A stretch of DNA of 41,603 nucleotides from Chloroflexota bacterium (GCA_005879775.1 VBJX01000001.1:12671-54273); one strand, 5' to 3'. Positions 9,358 to 18,215 are shown, counted from the first letter of the stretch. Translations and numbers: made by a program. Notes: generated by a model from the letters alone, not told the origin.

Positions 9358-11616
9358 ATGACCTTCGATCGCGTGGCCATCGTTGAGGCAGCCCTGGACG
9401 CTTCGCTGGAGCAGGCTGCCGCCCCGGCCGCGCGCCTGGCGCCCGACGCGCCACTCCGCGACGGGAGCAGCCTCACCGCCCGCAAGGCGCTCGAGCTCTT
9501 CGAGGACCAGGTCACCTCTCGCCAGCTCGACGTGGCCGCCAGAGAGCTGAAGAAGGAGAACCGCTCTTTCTACACCATCGGCAGCGCCGGACACGAGAAC
9601 AACGTGGTGCTGGGCGCCCAGCTGCGCATCACCGATCCCGCGTTCCTGCACTACCGGTCCGGTGCCTTCATGATGGCCCGCGCTCGCCAGCTGCCGGGGA
9701 CCACCCCGGCCTTCGACACGCTGCTCGGAATCGTGGCCAGCAGCGAGGATCCGATCGCGCAGGGACGTCACAAGGTATGGGGCAGCCGGCCGCTCTGGGT
9801 GCCTCCCCAGACCTCGACCATCGCCAGCCATCTCCCCAAGGCGATGGGCCTGGCGTTCAGCCTGGCGCGGGCGCGGCGGCTGGGCGTGGCGATCGACCTG
9901 CCTGACGACGCGATCGTGGTCTGCTCGTTCGGCGACGCCAGCGTCAACCACGCCACCGCCCTGTCGGCGATCAACACCGCCCGCTACGCCGTCCGCATCG
10001 GGCTCCCCATGCCGATCCTGTTCCTCTGCGAGGACAACGAGACCGGGATCAGCGTTCCGACTCCCGAGGGCTGGATCGCCGGCACCTTCTCGCAGATGGA
10101 GCACCTGCGCTACGACCTCGCCGACGGCGAGATCGACGAGGTCTGGGATACGGTCAGCGAGGCGGTGCGCTTCGTGCGCGGCGCCCGCCGGCCCGCGTTC
10201 CTGCATCTGCGGACGGTGCGCCTGTGGGGCCATGCCGGCAGCGACGCCGAGACGAGCTACCGGTCGGCGGCCGAGATCGCCGCCATCGAGGCGCGTGACC
10301 CGCTGGTGCGCAACGCCCGGCGCCTGATCGAAACGGGGGCCGCCACGGCCGAAGAGATCGCTGCTCTCCTGGAGGAGACCCGCACGAGGGTTCGGGCAGC
10401 CGCGGAGGAGGCGACCCATCGCCCGCGGCTGTCGACCACCGAGGAGGTGGTCGCTCCCCTCGCCCCATGGCACTCGGAGCGGGTCGCGGGCCGCGCGGCG
10501 CGGCCGGTCCTTGACCCCGCAGCCCGGCGCGAGCTCTTCGACGGCACGCTTCCCGAGGAGGTGCCCGGCCCGAACGCACGCACCCTGGCCGGCTGCCTGA
10601 ACGCGGCCATGGCCGATGAGCTGGCGCGCCGGCCGGAGCTGATCGTGTTCGGCGAGGACGTGGGCCGTAAGGGCGGCGTCTACAACGTCACCAACGGCCT
10701 GCAGCGCCGATTCGGAGTCGGGCGGGTCTTCGACACCCTGCTCGACGAGACGAGCATCCTGGGTATCGCGCAGGGTGCGGCCCACATCGGGATGCTGCCG
10801 ATGCCAGAGATTCAGTACCTGGCCTACCTGCACAACGCCCTTGACCAGCTGCGCGGCGAGGCAGCGACCCTCCAGTTCTTCAGCTCGGGCCAGTTCCGCA
10901 ACCCGATGGTGGTGCGCGTCCCAGGGCTTGCCTATCAGAAGGGCTTCGGAGGCCACTTCCACAACGACAACAGCGTTGGGGCGCTGCGGGACATCCCGGG
11001 CCTGATCCTGGCCGTCCCGGCCCGCGGCGACGATGCGGCACGCATGCTGCGCGGGGCGATCGCGGCAGCCGCGGAAGAAGGGCGGGTGGTGGTCTTCCTG
11101 GAGCCGATCGCGCTCTACCACGAGAAGGACCTGTACGCCGATGGGGACGGCGGCTGGCTGACGGAGTACCCCGCTCCGCCATCGACGTTGCTGCCGGGGC
11201 AGATCGGCGTCTACGCGCCGCCCGATACCGAGCCGGCGGACGTGATGATCGTCAGCTATGCGAACGGGTTGCGCCTCTCGCTGCAGGCCGCGCGGCGTCT
11301 GCGCGAGAACCACGGGATCAGTGTCGAGGTGCTCGACCTGCGCTGGCTGAGCCCGCTCCCCTTCGAGGCGATCCGCGAGCACGCCGCCGTCACCGGCTCC
11401 GTGCTGATCGTCGACGAGTGCCGCCGAACGGGCGGCGGGGTGGCCGATGCGCTGGTGGCCGACCTCGCCGAGGCAGGCATCGGGCATCGGCTTGCCTCGA
11501 TCCGAGCGGTCGACAGCTTCGTGCCGCTGGGAAGCGCCGCGAACGCCGTGCTGGTGGGGACCGACCAGATCGTGGCCTCGGCCTTGACTGCCGTGACCGG
11601 GCTCGCTCGGACATGA
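9358..11616 (+). CDS. Fused ThDP-dependent 2-oxoacid dehydrogenase E1 alpha/beta-like enzyme
   Basis: ThDP motif variant FGDAS...LCEDN and RLWGHAGSD; beta part has GEDVGRKGGVY, FDTLLDE, EIQYLAY, GGHFHN and DLRWLSPL. Confidence 0.9.
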   Translation: MTFDRVAIVEAALDASLEQAAAPAARLAPDAPLRDGSSLTARKALELFEDQVTSRQLDVAARELKKENRSFYTIGSAGHENNVVLGAQLRITDPAFLHYRSGAFMMARARQLPGTTPAFDTLLGIVASSEDPIAQGRHKVWGSRPLWVPPQTSTIASHLPKAMGLAFSLARARRLGVAIDLPDDAIVVCSFGDASVNHATALSAINTARYAVRIGLPMPILFLCEDNETGISVPTPEGWIAGTFSQMEHLRYDLADGEIDEVWDTVSEAVRFVRGARRPAFLHLRTVRLWGHAGSDAETSYRSAAEIAAIEARDPLVRNARRLIETGAATAEEIAALLEETRTRVRAAAEEATHRPRLSTTEEVVAPLAPWHSERVAGRAARPVLDPAARRELFDGTLPEEVPGPNARTLAGCLNAAMADELARRPELIVFGEDVGRKGGVYNVTNGLQRRFGVGRVFDTLLDETSILGIAQGAAHIGMLPMPEIQYLAYLHNALDQLRGEAATLQFFSSGQFRNPMVVRVPGLAYQKGFGGHFHNDNSVGALRDIPGLILAVPARGDDAARMLRGAIAAAAEEGRVVVFLEPIALYHEKDLYADGDGGWLTEYPAPPSTLLPGQIGVYAPPDTEPADVMIVSYANGLRLSLQAARRLRENHGISVEVLDLRWLSPLPFEAIREHAAVTGSVLIVDECRRTGGGVADALVADLAEAGIGHRLASIRAVDSFVPLGSAANAVLVGTDQIVASALTAVTGLART

Positions 11617-12632
11617 CCGATCGCGCCGTCCTGGCCTGTCCCGGGCGCGGCTCCTATTCCTCGACCTCGCTTGGCTCCCTGCCGGACAACCATCCATGGG
11701 TCGTCCGCGCCGAACAGCTGCGCGCCGAGTACAAGCTCGAGCCGCTCCTCTCCCTCGACCAGTCCCCGCGCTTCGACCCGGCGCGCCACCTGCAGCCGGT
11801 CAATGCCTCGCCGCTCATCTTCCTGGTGTCGCTCATCGATGCGGAGGCAGCTGCCCATGACTACGACATCAGCGCGGTGATCGGCAACTCGCTGGGCTGG
11901 TACACGGCCCTGGCCGTGACCGGAGCGCTCGCCTTCGACGACGCCTTTCGCCTCGTCCAGGAGATGTCGATCCTGCAGCAGGAACCACTCCCGAAGGGCG
12001 GCCCGGGGGGCCAGGTCATCTACCCACTGACCGATGCGGCCTGGCGGCCCGACCCGCGGCTCCGCGCCGCGATCAGTGCGGTGCTCGAGGCCCCCAGCCG
12101 CAACGGGGACGGCCACGTCCACGAGAGCATCGACCTGGGCGGCTATGCGGTCCTGGCCGGCGACGAGGCCGGCGTGGCGCGGCTGCTGAACGGCCTCACA
12201 CCCGTCCGCGTCGGCGAGCGGCTCTTCCCGCTGCGCCTGTCGCAGCACGGCCCGTACCACACGCCGCTCGTCGCCCACGTGGCGCGCGCGGCCAGGAAGC
12301 GCCTCGGAGGGCTCGGCTGGCGAGCGCCATCGGCCACCATGGTCGACGGCCGTGGGGCGCGCTGGACGCCGCTCTCCACCGATCCCGCTGCGCTGCGTGA
12401 CTACACGCTCGGGCAGCAGGTGACCACCCCATACCGATTCGCGCTGAGCGTGCACGTCGCGCTCCGCGAGGACGCGCCCGACGTCCTCCTCCTCCCCGGA
12501 CCGGGCAATTCGCTGGGAGGGATCTGCGGGCAGCTGGTCGTGGCCGAGGGCTATCGCGGCGTCCGATCCCGCGAGGAGTTCGAGGCGGCGCAGCGCTCGG
12601 AGGCACCGATCGTCCTGAGCATGCGGCGCTGA
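11613..12632 (+). CDS. FabD-like (ACP S-malonyltransferase family) acyltransferase
   Basis: CPGRGSY (cf. FPGQG), GNSLGWY (cf. GHSxG), HGPYHT (cf. AFHS) and GPGNSLGG; ATGA overlap with the E1 stop. Confidence 0.8.
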   Translation: MTDRAVLACPGRGSYSSTSLGSLPDNHPWVVRAEQLRAEYKLEPLLSLDQSPRFDPARHLQPVNASPLIFLVSLIDAEAAAHDYDISAVIGNSLGWYTALAVTGALAFDDAFRLVQEMSILQQEPLPKGGPGGQVIYPLTDAAWRPDPRLRAAISAVLEAPSRNGDGHVHESIDLGGYAVLAGDEAGVARLLNGLTPVRVGERLFPLRLSQHGPYHTPLVAHVARAARKRLGGLGWRAPSATMVDGRGARWTPLSTDPAALRDYTLGQQVTTPYRFALSVHVALREDAPDVLLLPGPGNSLGGICGQLVVAEGYRGVRSREEFEAAQRSEAPIVLSMRR

Positions 12633-12634
12633 GC

Positions 12635-13552
12635 ATGTCCGTTCCCCGCGCGACGATGGGCCCCGATGCCGAGCTGCTCGTCCCTTTGAGTGACCCGATT
12701 GATCTGATCCGCACCCTGGCGCCCATCGCCCATGGTTCGGGTGACCCGACGATCCGCTTCGAGTCCGATGGGATCTGGCGCGCCACGCGAACAGCTGGCG
12801 GGCCGGCAACGCTGCGCCTCGCCGAAGCCGACGGCGGCATCTCCGTCACTGCCTGGGGACCGGGTGCCGGCAGGGCGCTTGATGGCGCCGCCGACCTGAT
12901 CGGCGCCAACGACGATCCGTCGCAGCTGAAGCCGCGCCACCGGCTCATCGCCGAGCTTGCGCGACGCAATCGCGGGCTGCGCCTGCCCCGCACCAACCGC
13001 CCATTCGAGGCTCTCTTGCCGGCGATCTGCGAGCAGAAGGTGACCGGCACCGAGGCGCGGGCGGCGTTCCGCGGTATCGTGCGTGCATACGGCGAGCCGG
13101 CTCCGGGGCCCGGGGGGTTGCGACTGGCGCCGACCGCATCGGTCCTGGCCGGGCTACCCTACTTCGCCTTCCATCGCTTCGGGCTGGAGCGCCGCCGCTC
13201 CGAGGTGATCATCGCGGCCGCACGGCTCGCTCCGCGCCTGGAGGGACTGGACGACCACGAGGCCCTCCGCCGCCTCCGGGCGGTGCCGGGCATCGGTCCG
13301 TGGACCATTGCCGAGGTGGCGAGGGTGGCCTTCGGTGATCCGGACGCGGTCAGCGTCGGCGACTACCACCTGCCGAACCTCGTCGGCTGGGCCCTGGCTC
13401 GCGAGCCGCGCGCCGACGACGCTCGGATGCTTCAGCTCCTGGAGCCGTACCACGGTCAGCGCGGGCGGGTGCAGCGGCTCCTGGAGGCGAGCGGGCTGCA
13501 GGCGCCCCGCTACGGACCGCGCATGGCACCACAGCGCATCGCCGAGATGTAG
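12635..13552 (+). CDS. DNA-3-methyladenine glycosylase II (AlkA-like, HhH-GPD) family protein
   Basis: FEALLPAICEQKV, HhH motif LRAVPGIGPWT, and FGDPDAVSVGDYH. Confidence 0.85.
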   Translation: MSVPRATMGPDAELLVPLSDPIDLIRTLAPIAHGSGDPTIRFESDGIWRATRTAGGPATLRLAEADGGISVTAWGPGAGRALDGAADLIGANDDPSQLKPRHRLIAELARRNRGLRLPRTNRPFEALLPAICEQKVTGTEARAAFRGIVRAYGEPAPGPGGLRLAPTASVLAGLPYFAFHRFGLERRRSEVIIAAARLAPRLEGLDDHEALRRLRAVPGIGPWTIAEVARVAFGDPDAVSVGDYHLPNLVGWALAREPRADDARMLQLLEPYHGQRGRVQRLLEASGLQAPRYGPRMAPQRIAEM

Positions 13553-13553
13553 G

Positions 13554-14528
13554 TCAGCGGCGTCGCAGGACGCGCGACATCCACTTGAGCGCCACCTGAA
13601 ATCGCTCGTTCCGACGACCACCGTGGTTCCCCGGGTTCTCGGTGGCTCTGTGCGCGATCCCCGCCTCCCGGAGCCGATGGCTGAGGACGCGATGACCCCA
13701 GTGCAGGCTGTAGTCGTCCTGGTCCCCGACATCGAGCAGGATGCCTGCCAGCTGCCGGAGGTTGTCCAGTCGGTCGTGGACATTGACCACCGGATCGAAC
13801 CTCAGCCAGCGATCCCAGACCTCCTGGCGCAGCTCTCCACTGGGCCAGGCCACGGGCAGGTCGACGTGGAACGGCGGGTTATCAGGATTGGGTGAGTAGG
13901 TCGCGGAGTAGTCGTAGACGAGCTCCGACCAGACGTTCCCCTTGACCGGGCCGTTGGGGGCCTTGGGCCAGATGCTGTCGAGGTACTTGTAGAGGATGAA
14001 CTTGTGGGTCAGGTCCAGGAACGAGTCGCCCGACAGCATGGCCAGCGCACCGAAGACGTCCGGATGGCGCGAGCCAAGGTTCCACGCTCCGAAGCCCCCC
14101 GACGAGAAACCGAACACCCCCCGACTGCCTGCGTGCGGGATCGTCCGGTAGGCAGCGTCGACAGTCGGGATCACGTCGTGCAGCACGTACTGCTCGAAGT
14201 CGCCCGTTACCGGCGAGTCCACCCACTGGCCGCACCCCCAGCGCGACGCGCCGTCCGGAATGGCGACGATCATCGGTGGCACGCCCATGCGCCCGAAGAC
14301 CGGGTCGAGGACGTCCTGGATCGGCGGCTTCCAGCGCACCCCATCGCTCGGGGGGCTCACGACCTGCGCAGCGGTCTCGCCGTTGGCGTGCAGCAGGTAG
14401 GCCGTAGGGTATCGGCGCTTCGAGGCCTCATACCCCGGCGGCAGGTAGACGAACAGGTCTCGTTCGGACGGATCACCAAGCAGGTTGCCGGCGAGATGGG
14501 CGCTCTCGACGCGCGTGTGAACGATCAC
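13554..14528 (-). CDS. Putative esterase (alpha/beta hydrolase, Fes/antigen-85-like family)
   Basis: VYLPPGY, nucleophile motif GFSSGG, LDVGDQD and GNHG. Confidence 0.85.
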   Translation of the reverse strand: MIVHTRVESAHLAGNLLGDPSERDLFVYLPPGYEASKRRYPTAYLLHANGETAAQVVSPPSDGVRWKPPIQDVLDPVFGRMGVPPMIVAIPDGASRWGCGQWVDSPVTGDFEQYVLHDVIPTVDAAYRTIPHAGSRGVFGFSSGGFGAWNLGSRHPDVFGALAMLSGDSFLDLTHKFILYKYLDSIWPKAPNGPVKGNVWSELVYDYSATYSPNPDNPPFHVDLPVAWPSGELRQEVWDRWLRFDPVVNVHDRLDNLRQLAGILLDVGDQDDYSLHWGHRVLSHRLREAGIAHRATENPGNHGGRRNERFQVALKWMSRVLRRR

Positions 14529-14569
14529 ATCGAAACCATCCTGGGTGCGGGGCGCGGTCAGCGTCGGAG

Positions 14570-14643
14570 CGTCCCCGGCAGGATTCGAACCTGCGACCCG
14601 CTGCTTAGAAGGCAGCCGCTCTGGTCCACTGAGCTACGGGGAC
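14570..14643 (-). tRNA. tRNA-Arg(TCT)
   Basis: GTCCCCGTAGCTCAGTGGACCAGAGCGGCTGCCTTCTAAGCAGCGGGTCGCAGGTTCGAATCCTGCCGGGGACG; cloverleaf with anticodon TCT; CCA not encoded. Confidence 0.96.
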
Positions 14644-14687
14644 CCCGCCAAAGGATAGCCGGGCAACGTTGCTAGACTGCCAGGGAC

Positions 14688-14987
14688 ATGGCCGACGAGC
14701 CGATCATCGCCCCGGTCCAGCTTCAGCCGACCCAGATCGAGGTCGACAAGCAGCTGCTGCGCGACGAGGACCTGCTCAACGAGGAGCACCTTCGGCGCAT
14801 GGACCAGGTCCTCCTGCGCCGCAACCTCGATCATGCCCGGATGTTCAGCCGCAAGCTCTCATTGGAGCTCCAGCAGTTCGTTCATCTCTACACGCCCGAG
14901 GCAAACGAGCTCCGCCGCCGGATCGAGAAGTACCTCGTCATGGAGCGGATGATCGAACGGGAGATGGCCCGCCGCCATACGTACTGA
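14688..14987 (+). CDS. Hypothetical helical protein (99 aa)
   Basis: Strong GC3-biased codon pattern; TAGACT -10 at 14673-14678 shortly before the ATG; no recognised family. Confidence 0.75.
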   Translation: MADEPIIAPVQLQPTQIEVDKQLLRDEDLLNEEHLRRMDQVLLRRNLDHARMFSRKLSLELQQFVHLYTPEANELRRRIEKYLVMERMIEREMARRHTY

Positions 14988-15018
14988 GTACCCCCGAGGG
15001 CGCCTCCGGATGCCCGAT

Positions 15019-15059
15019 TGTGGATTAGTGAGGTGCCCAGTACGTACGTATGTGGACAA
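15019..15059 (-). promoter_or_regulatory. DnaA-box pair
   Basis: TAATCCACA (15019-15027) and TTGTCCACA (15051-15059) on the minus strand. Confidence 0.6.
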
Positions 15060-15138
15060 CTTCGCAGGCGCAGAAAGAAGGGCGTTGCCTTTGCGCAACG
15101 GGGGAAGCGTTGTGCGCCGGGTAGCGCCGCCTGCGGGG
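15060..15138 (+). ncRNA. Candidate structured RNA hairpin
   Basis: Three stacked stems (10, 10 and 8 bp) with six G-U pairs, an 11-nt purine-rich bulge and a GGGGAAG loop. Confidence 0.4.
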
Positions 15139-15166
15139 CCAGTCGGCCTTCGACCAGGGGGTTGCG

Positions 15167-15484
15167 CTAGGCGATGGCCGGGGCCATCGGGACCACCTCG
15201 GTGGGCTCGGACTGCGAGGCGAGGACCGTTCGCACCCAGCCTGCCAGCCTCGGCATCTCGAACAGGCTGAAGGTCAAACCGTGGGCTTCGAATTGATCGT
15301 GATCCCAGCCATTGAACTCGCGACGACCGGCAACTGCACACATTTCGTCGTAGAGCTCGGGCCAGCCGACCCTCCGTCGATGGTGGCAGAAGCGGATGAA
15401 TTCGATCACGTGCGGCGGCGGCGACTCGACAGTTGATCCGTCCGGGAGCGACCCGTTCGAGGCCGCGTGAGGCCGCTGGTACAT
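15167..15484 (-). CDS. Hypothetical protein (105 aa) with EFIRFC..RR..WPELYDEMCAVA motif
   Basis: GGGAG RBS, own promoter TTCGCA-N17-TACTAT (15604-15576), and globular-looking composition. Confidence 0.75.
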   Translation of the reverse strand: MYQRPHAASNGSLPDGSTVESPPPHVIEFIRFCHHRRRVGWPELYDEMCAVAGRREFNGWDHDQFEAHGLTFSLFEMPRLAGWVRTVLASQSEPTEVVPMAPAIA

Positions 15485-15610
15485 CCGTCTGCTCCCTGCT
15501 GGCGAGGCTTGAGTTGGGCGAACCGGTCCGGGACCGAGGGTGATCGCGGGGCCGGAGAATACGCGCTGGCGCCGAATAGTATTGGTCCGGATCGGCCTTG
15601 CGAAGGGGGT

Positions 15611-15685
15611 ATGTCCACGAACTTGTCCACATTTATTTCCACAAGGGGGTCCGGGGTGGACAGGTCTCCAAAACCTGGTGGAGAA
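15611..15685. promoter_or_regulatory. DnaA-box cluster
   Basis: ATGTCCACG (15611), TTGTCCACA (15623) and ATTTCCACA (15635) at 12-bp period; inverted CTGTCCACC (15655-15663) and TTCTCCACC (15677-15685). Confidence 0.65.
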
Positions 15686-15728
15686 GGTTGCCGGATGGCA
15701 CCGAATCTTCCCTGCGATAGCCTATGAG

Positions 15729-15857
15729 CCGATGAACCACGACGCCCATGCCGGGCATGACATGCCGATGAACCACGACGCCCATGCCGGGCATGACATG
15801 CCGATGAACCACGACGCCCATGCCGGCCATGACATGCCGATGAACCACGACGCCCAC
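15729..15857 (+). repeat. 36-bp tandem repeat (about 3.6 copies) encoding PMNHDAHAGHDM
   Basis: CCGATGAACCACGACGCCCATGCCGGGCATGACATG at 15729, 15765 and 15801 (one mismatch), partial copy at 15837. Confidence 0.95.
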
Positions 15858-17906
15858 GGCGAGCACCCTGGCCACGCCGGCCACGGGGCGCATGCGGGCC
15901 ACGATCCCGACGCCTTCCGACGCCAGTTCTGGGTCGTTCTCCTCCTGACGCTCCCGGTCGTGGCCTGGAGTCCAGAAGTGCAGATCTGGCTCGGGTACAC
16001 CGCCCCGGTCTTCCCGGGCTCGACGTGGATTCCACCGATCCTGGGAAGCGCCATCTTCCTGTACGGCGGCAGGGTCTTCCTCAATGGGGCGCGGTCAGAG
16101 CTGCGGGATCGGCTGCCGGGGATGATGACCCTGATCAGCCTGGCGATCGTCGTTGCGTTCATCGCCAGCTGGGCGGCCACCATCGGCATCTTCAGCGTCG
16201 ATGTCTGGTGGGAGCTCGCCACCCTGATCACGGTGATGAGCCTCGGCCACTGGCTCGAGATGCGCTCCATCATGCAGGCCCAGGGTGCGCTCGGCGCCCT
16301 GGCCGAGCTCCTCCCCGACTCCGCCGAGCGCCTGACTCCTGACGGCACCGAGATGGCGCCGCTCGACGCCCTTCGCGTTGGCGACGTGGTCCTGGTGCGA
16401 CCGGGCGGTCGCATCCCCGCCGACGGCGATGTGTCCGAGGGTGCGGCCGATGTCGACGAGTCGATGATCACCGGTGAATCGAGGCCGATTCCCAAGGAGC
16501 CGGGCTCGTCGGTCGTAGCGGGTACCGTCGCCGCCGATGGCAGCCTGCGGGTCCGCGTCACCGCGGTCGGGGACCAGACCGCGCTCTCCGGCATCATGCG
16601 GCTCGTCAGCGAAGCCCAGGCCTCGAACAGCCGGGCGCAAGTTCTGGCCGACCGGGCCGCGGCGCTCCTCTTCTTCGTTGCCTTGGGCGCCGGGATCCTG
16701 ACGCTCGCCGTCTGGATCGCGCTCGGCCAACCGGAGGAGGCCCTCATCCGGGCGGCGACGGTGCTGGTCATCGCCTGCCCGCACGCGCTCGGGCTGGCGA
16801 TCCCGTTGGTGATCGCGATCAGCACCACGCTCGGTGCTCGCAACGGCCTGCTCGTCAAGGACCGATTGGCGCTCGAACGGGCGCGCGAGCTGCAGGTGGT
16901 CATCTTCGACAAGACCGGCACGCTGACCCGAGGCGAGCCGCGGGTGGCAGCGGTGGCCTCGACCGGCATGGACGAGAGCGCCCTCCTCGCATTGGCGGCC
17001 GGGGTCGAGGCCGATTCCGAGCATCCCCTGGCTCGGGCTGTCGTGCGAGGGGCATTGGATCGAGGGATCGCCCCCAGCCGGGCGAACGACTTCGAATCGC
17101 TCCCCGGTCGCGGCACCCGCGCCACGATCGACGGACGCCAGGTTCAGGTGGGAGGGCCGGCACTCATGGCCGAGCTTGGCGTCGACGTCCCCGCCGAGCT
17201 GACCTCCACGACCGATGCCTGGGCCGCTCATGGCCAGACGGTCCTCCATGTCCTCGCCAATGGATCGGTCATCGGCGCACTCGCGCTCGAGGATGAGATT
17301 CGGCCCGAATCGGCTCAGGCTGTCCTGACGCTCCGTCGGATGGGGCTGCGGGTGGCGATGATCACCGGCGACGCCCAGTCGGTCGCCGACGCGGTCGCGC
17401 GGCAGATCGGGATCAATGAGGTCACGGCCCAGGTGCTCCCCGGCGATAAGGCCGCTGCCGTCCGGCAGTTCCAGGCGGGCGGGACGAGGGTGGCGATGGT
17501 CGGCGACGGAGTCAACGACGCTCCCGCGCTGGCCCAGGCCGATGTCGGAATCGCCATTGGCGCCGGGACCGACGTGGCCGTCGAGTCGGCCGGAATCGTG
17601 CTGGTCCGGGATGACCCTCGCGACGTGGCGGGCGCCATCGAGCTGAGCCGCGCGACCTACCGCAAGATGGTCGAGAACCTGGTCTGGGCGACCGGCTACA
17701 ACGCGATTGCCATTCCCGTCGCAGCCGGGCTGCTGGCGCCCATCGGCTTCATCTTGCCGATGAGCATCGGCGCCCTGGTCATGAGCGTCTCGACGATCGT
17801 GGTGGCGTTCAACGCTCAGCTGCTGCGCGGTGTCCGGCTGCGCCCCGACGAACCTTCACACCCGGGGGTGCCGCGCAGCCGCAGCGTGGCTCCGAGCGCG
17901 GAGTGA
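15732..17906 (+). CDS. copB: Copper-translocating P1B-type ATPase, CopB-like (P1B-3)
   Basis: His/Met-rich N-terminus, TGES, transmembrane CPH motif (IACPHALG), DKTGT, SEHPL, GDGVND, GYN and MSVST. Confidence 0.92.
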   Translation: MNHDAHAGHDMPMNHDAHAGHDMPMNHDAHAGHDMPMNHDAHGEHPGHAGHGAHAGHDPDAFRRQFWVVLLLTLPVVAWSPEVQIWLGYTAPVFPGSTWIPPILGSAIFLYGGRVFLNGARSELRDRLPGMMTLISLAIVVAFIASWAATIGIFSVDVWWELATLITVMSLGHWLEMRSIMQAQGALGALAELLPDSAERLTPDGTEMAPLDALRVGDVVLVRPGGRIPADGDVSEGAADVDESMITGESRPIPKEPGSSVVAGTVAADGSLRVRVTAVGDQTALSGIMRLVSEAQASNSRAQVLADRAAALLFFVALGAGILTLAVWIALGQPEEALIRAATVLVIACPHALGLAIPLVIAISTTLGARNGLLVKDRLALERARELQVVIFDKTGTLTRGEPRVAAVASTGMDESALLALAAGVEADSEHPLARAVVRGALDRGIAPSRANDFESLPGRGTRATIDGRQVQVGGPALMAELGVDVPAELTSTTDAWAAHGQTVLHVLANGSVIGALALEDEIRPESAQAVLTLRRMGLRVAMITGDAQSVADAVARQIGINEVTAQVLPGDKAAAVRQFQAGGTRVAMVGDGVNDAPALAQADVGIAIGAGTDVAVESAGIVLVRDDPRDVAGAIELSRATYRKMVENLVWATGYNAIAIPVAAGLLAPIGFILPMSIGALVMSVSTIVVAFNAQLLRGVRLRPDEPSHPGVPRSRSVAPSAE

Positions 17907-17913
17907 GGGTCCG

Positions 17914-18165
17914 CTAGGGGGCCCCGTGCTTCGCCCCGGCGTGCGGAGGGTGGGCCGCCCATTCCTCAACCGCCCTGGCGAGGAGGACCATCAGTTGCGG
18001 GGCGTCGCCGGCGGGCAACTGAAACGTCCCGATGCATCGGTCGCCTTCCCACAAGCTCAGCACGACGAGATCAGCTTCGGCGTGCCACGTCGCCTTCAGG
18101 GAGCGGCCGCGGGCATCGACGAACCATCGGCTGCGCGGAGTCGGCAGGTCGACCAGCTCGCCCAT
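17914..18165 (-). CDS. Conserved hypothetical protein (83 aa)
   Basis: RSLKATWH..ADLVVLSLWEGDRCIGTFQL resembles a small actinobacterial-type hypothetical; TACGCT -10 6 nt before the ATG. Confidence 0.7.
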   Translation of the reverse strand: MGELVDLPTPRSRWFVDARGRSLKATWHAEADLVVLSLWEGDRCIGTFQLPAGDAPQLMVLLARAVEEWAAHPPHAGAKHGAP

Positions 18166-18215
18166 GCGCGCAGCGTACACCCGGCAGCCGTCGCAACCCG
18201 GAGCGGATTTCGACG

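Noticed and set aside
7517..11697. Long alternative-frame ORFs (7517-9352 +, 9307-11697 -) and similar ones throughout the window
   Set aside because: Shadow ORFs typical of high-GC DNA; they overlap well-supported genes and have Arg/Pro/Ala-rich, motif-free translations
15729..15857. 36-bp repeats as a CRISPR array
   Set aside because: Contiguous tandem units without spacers, in frame within copB
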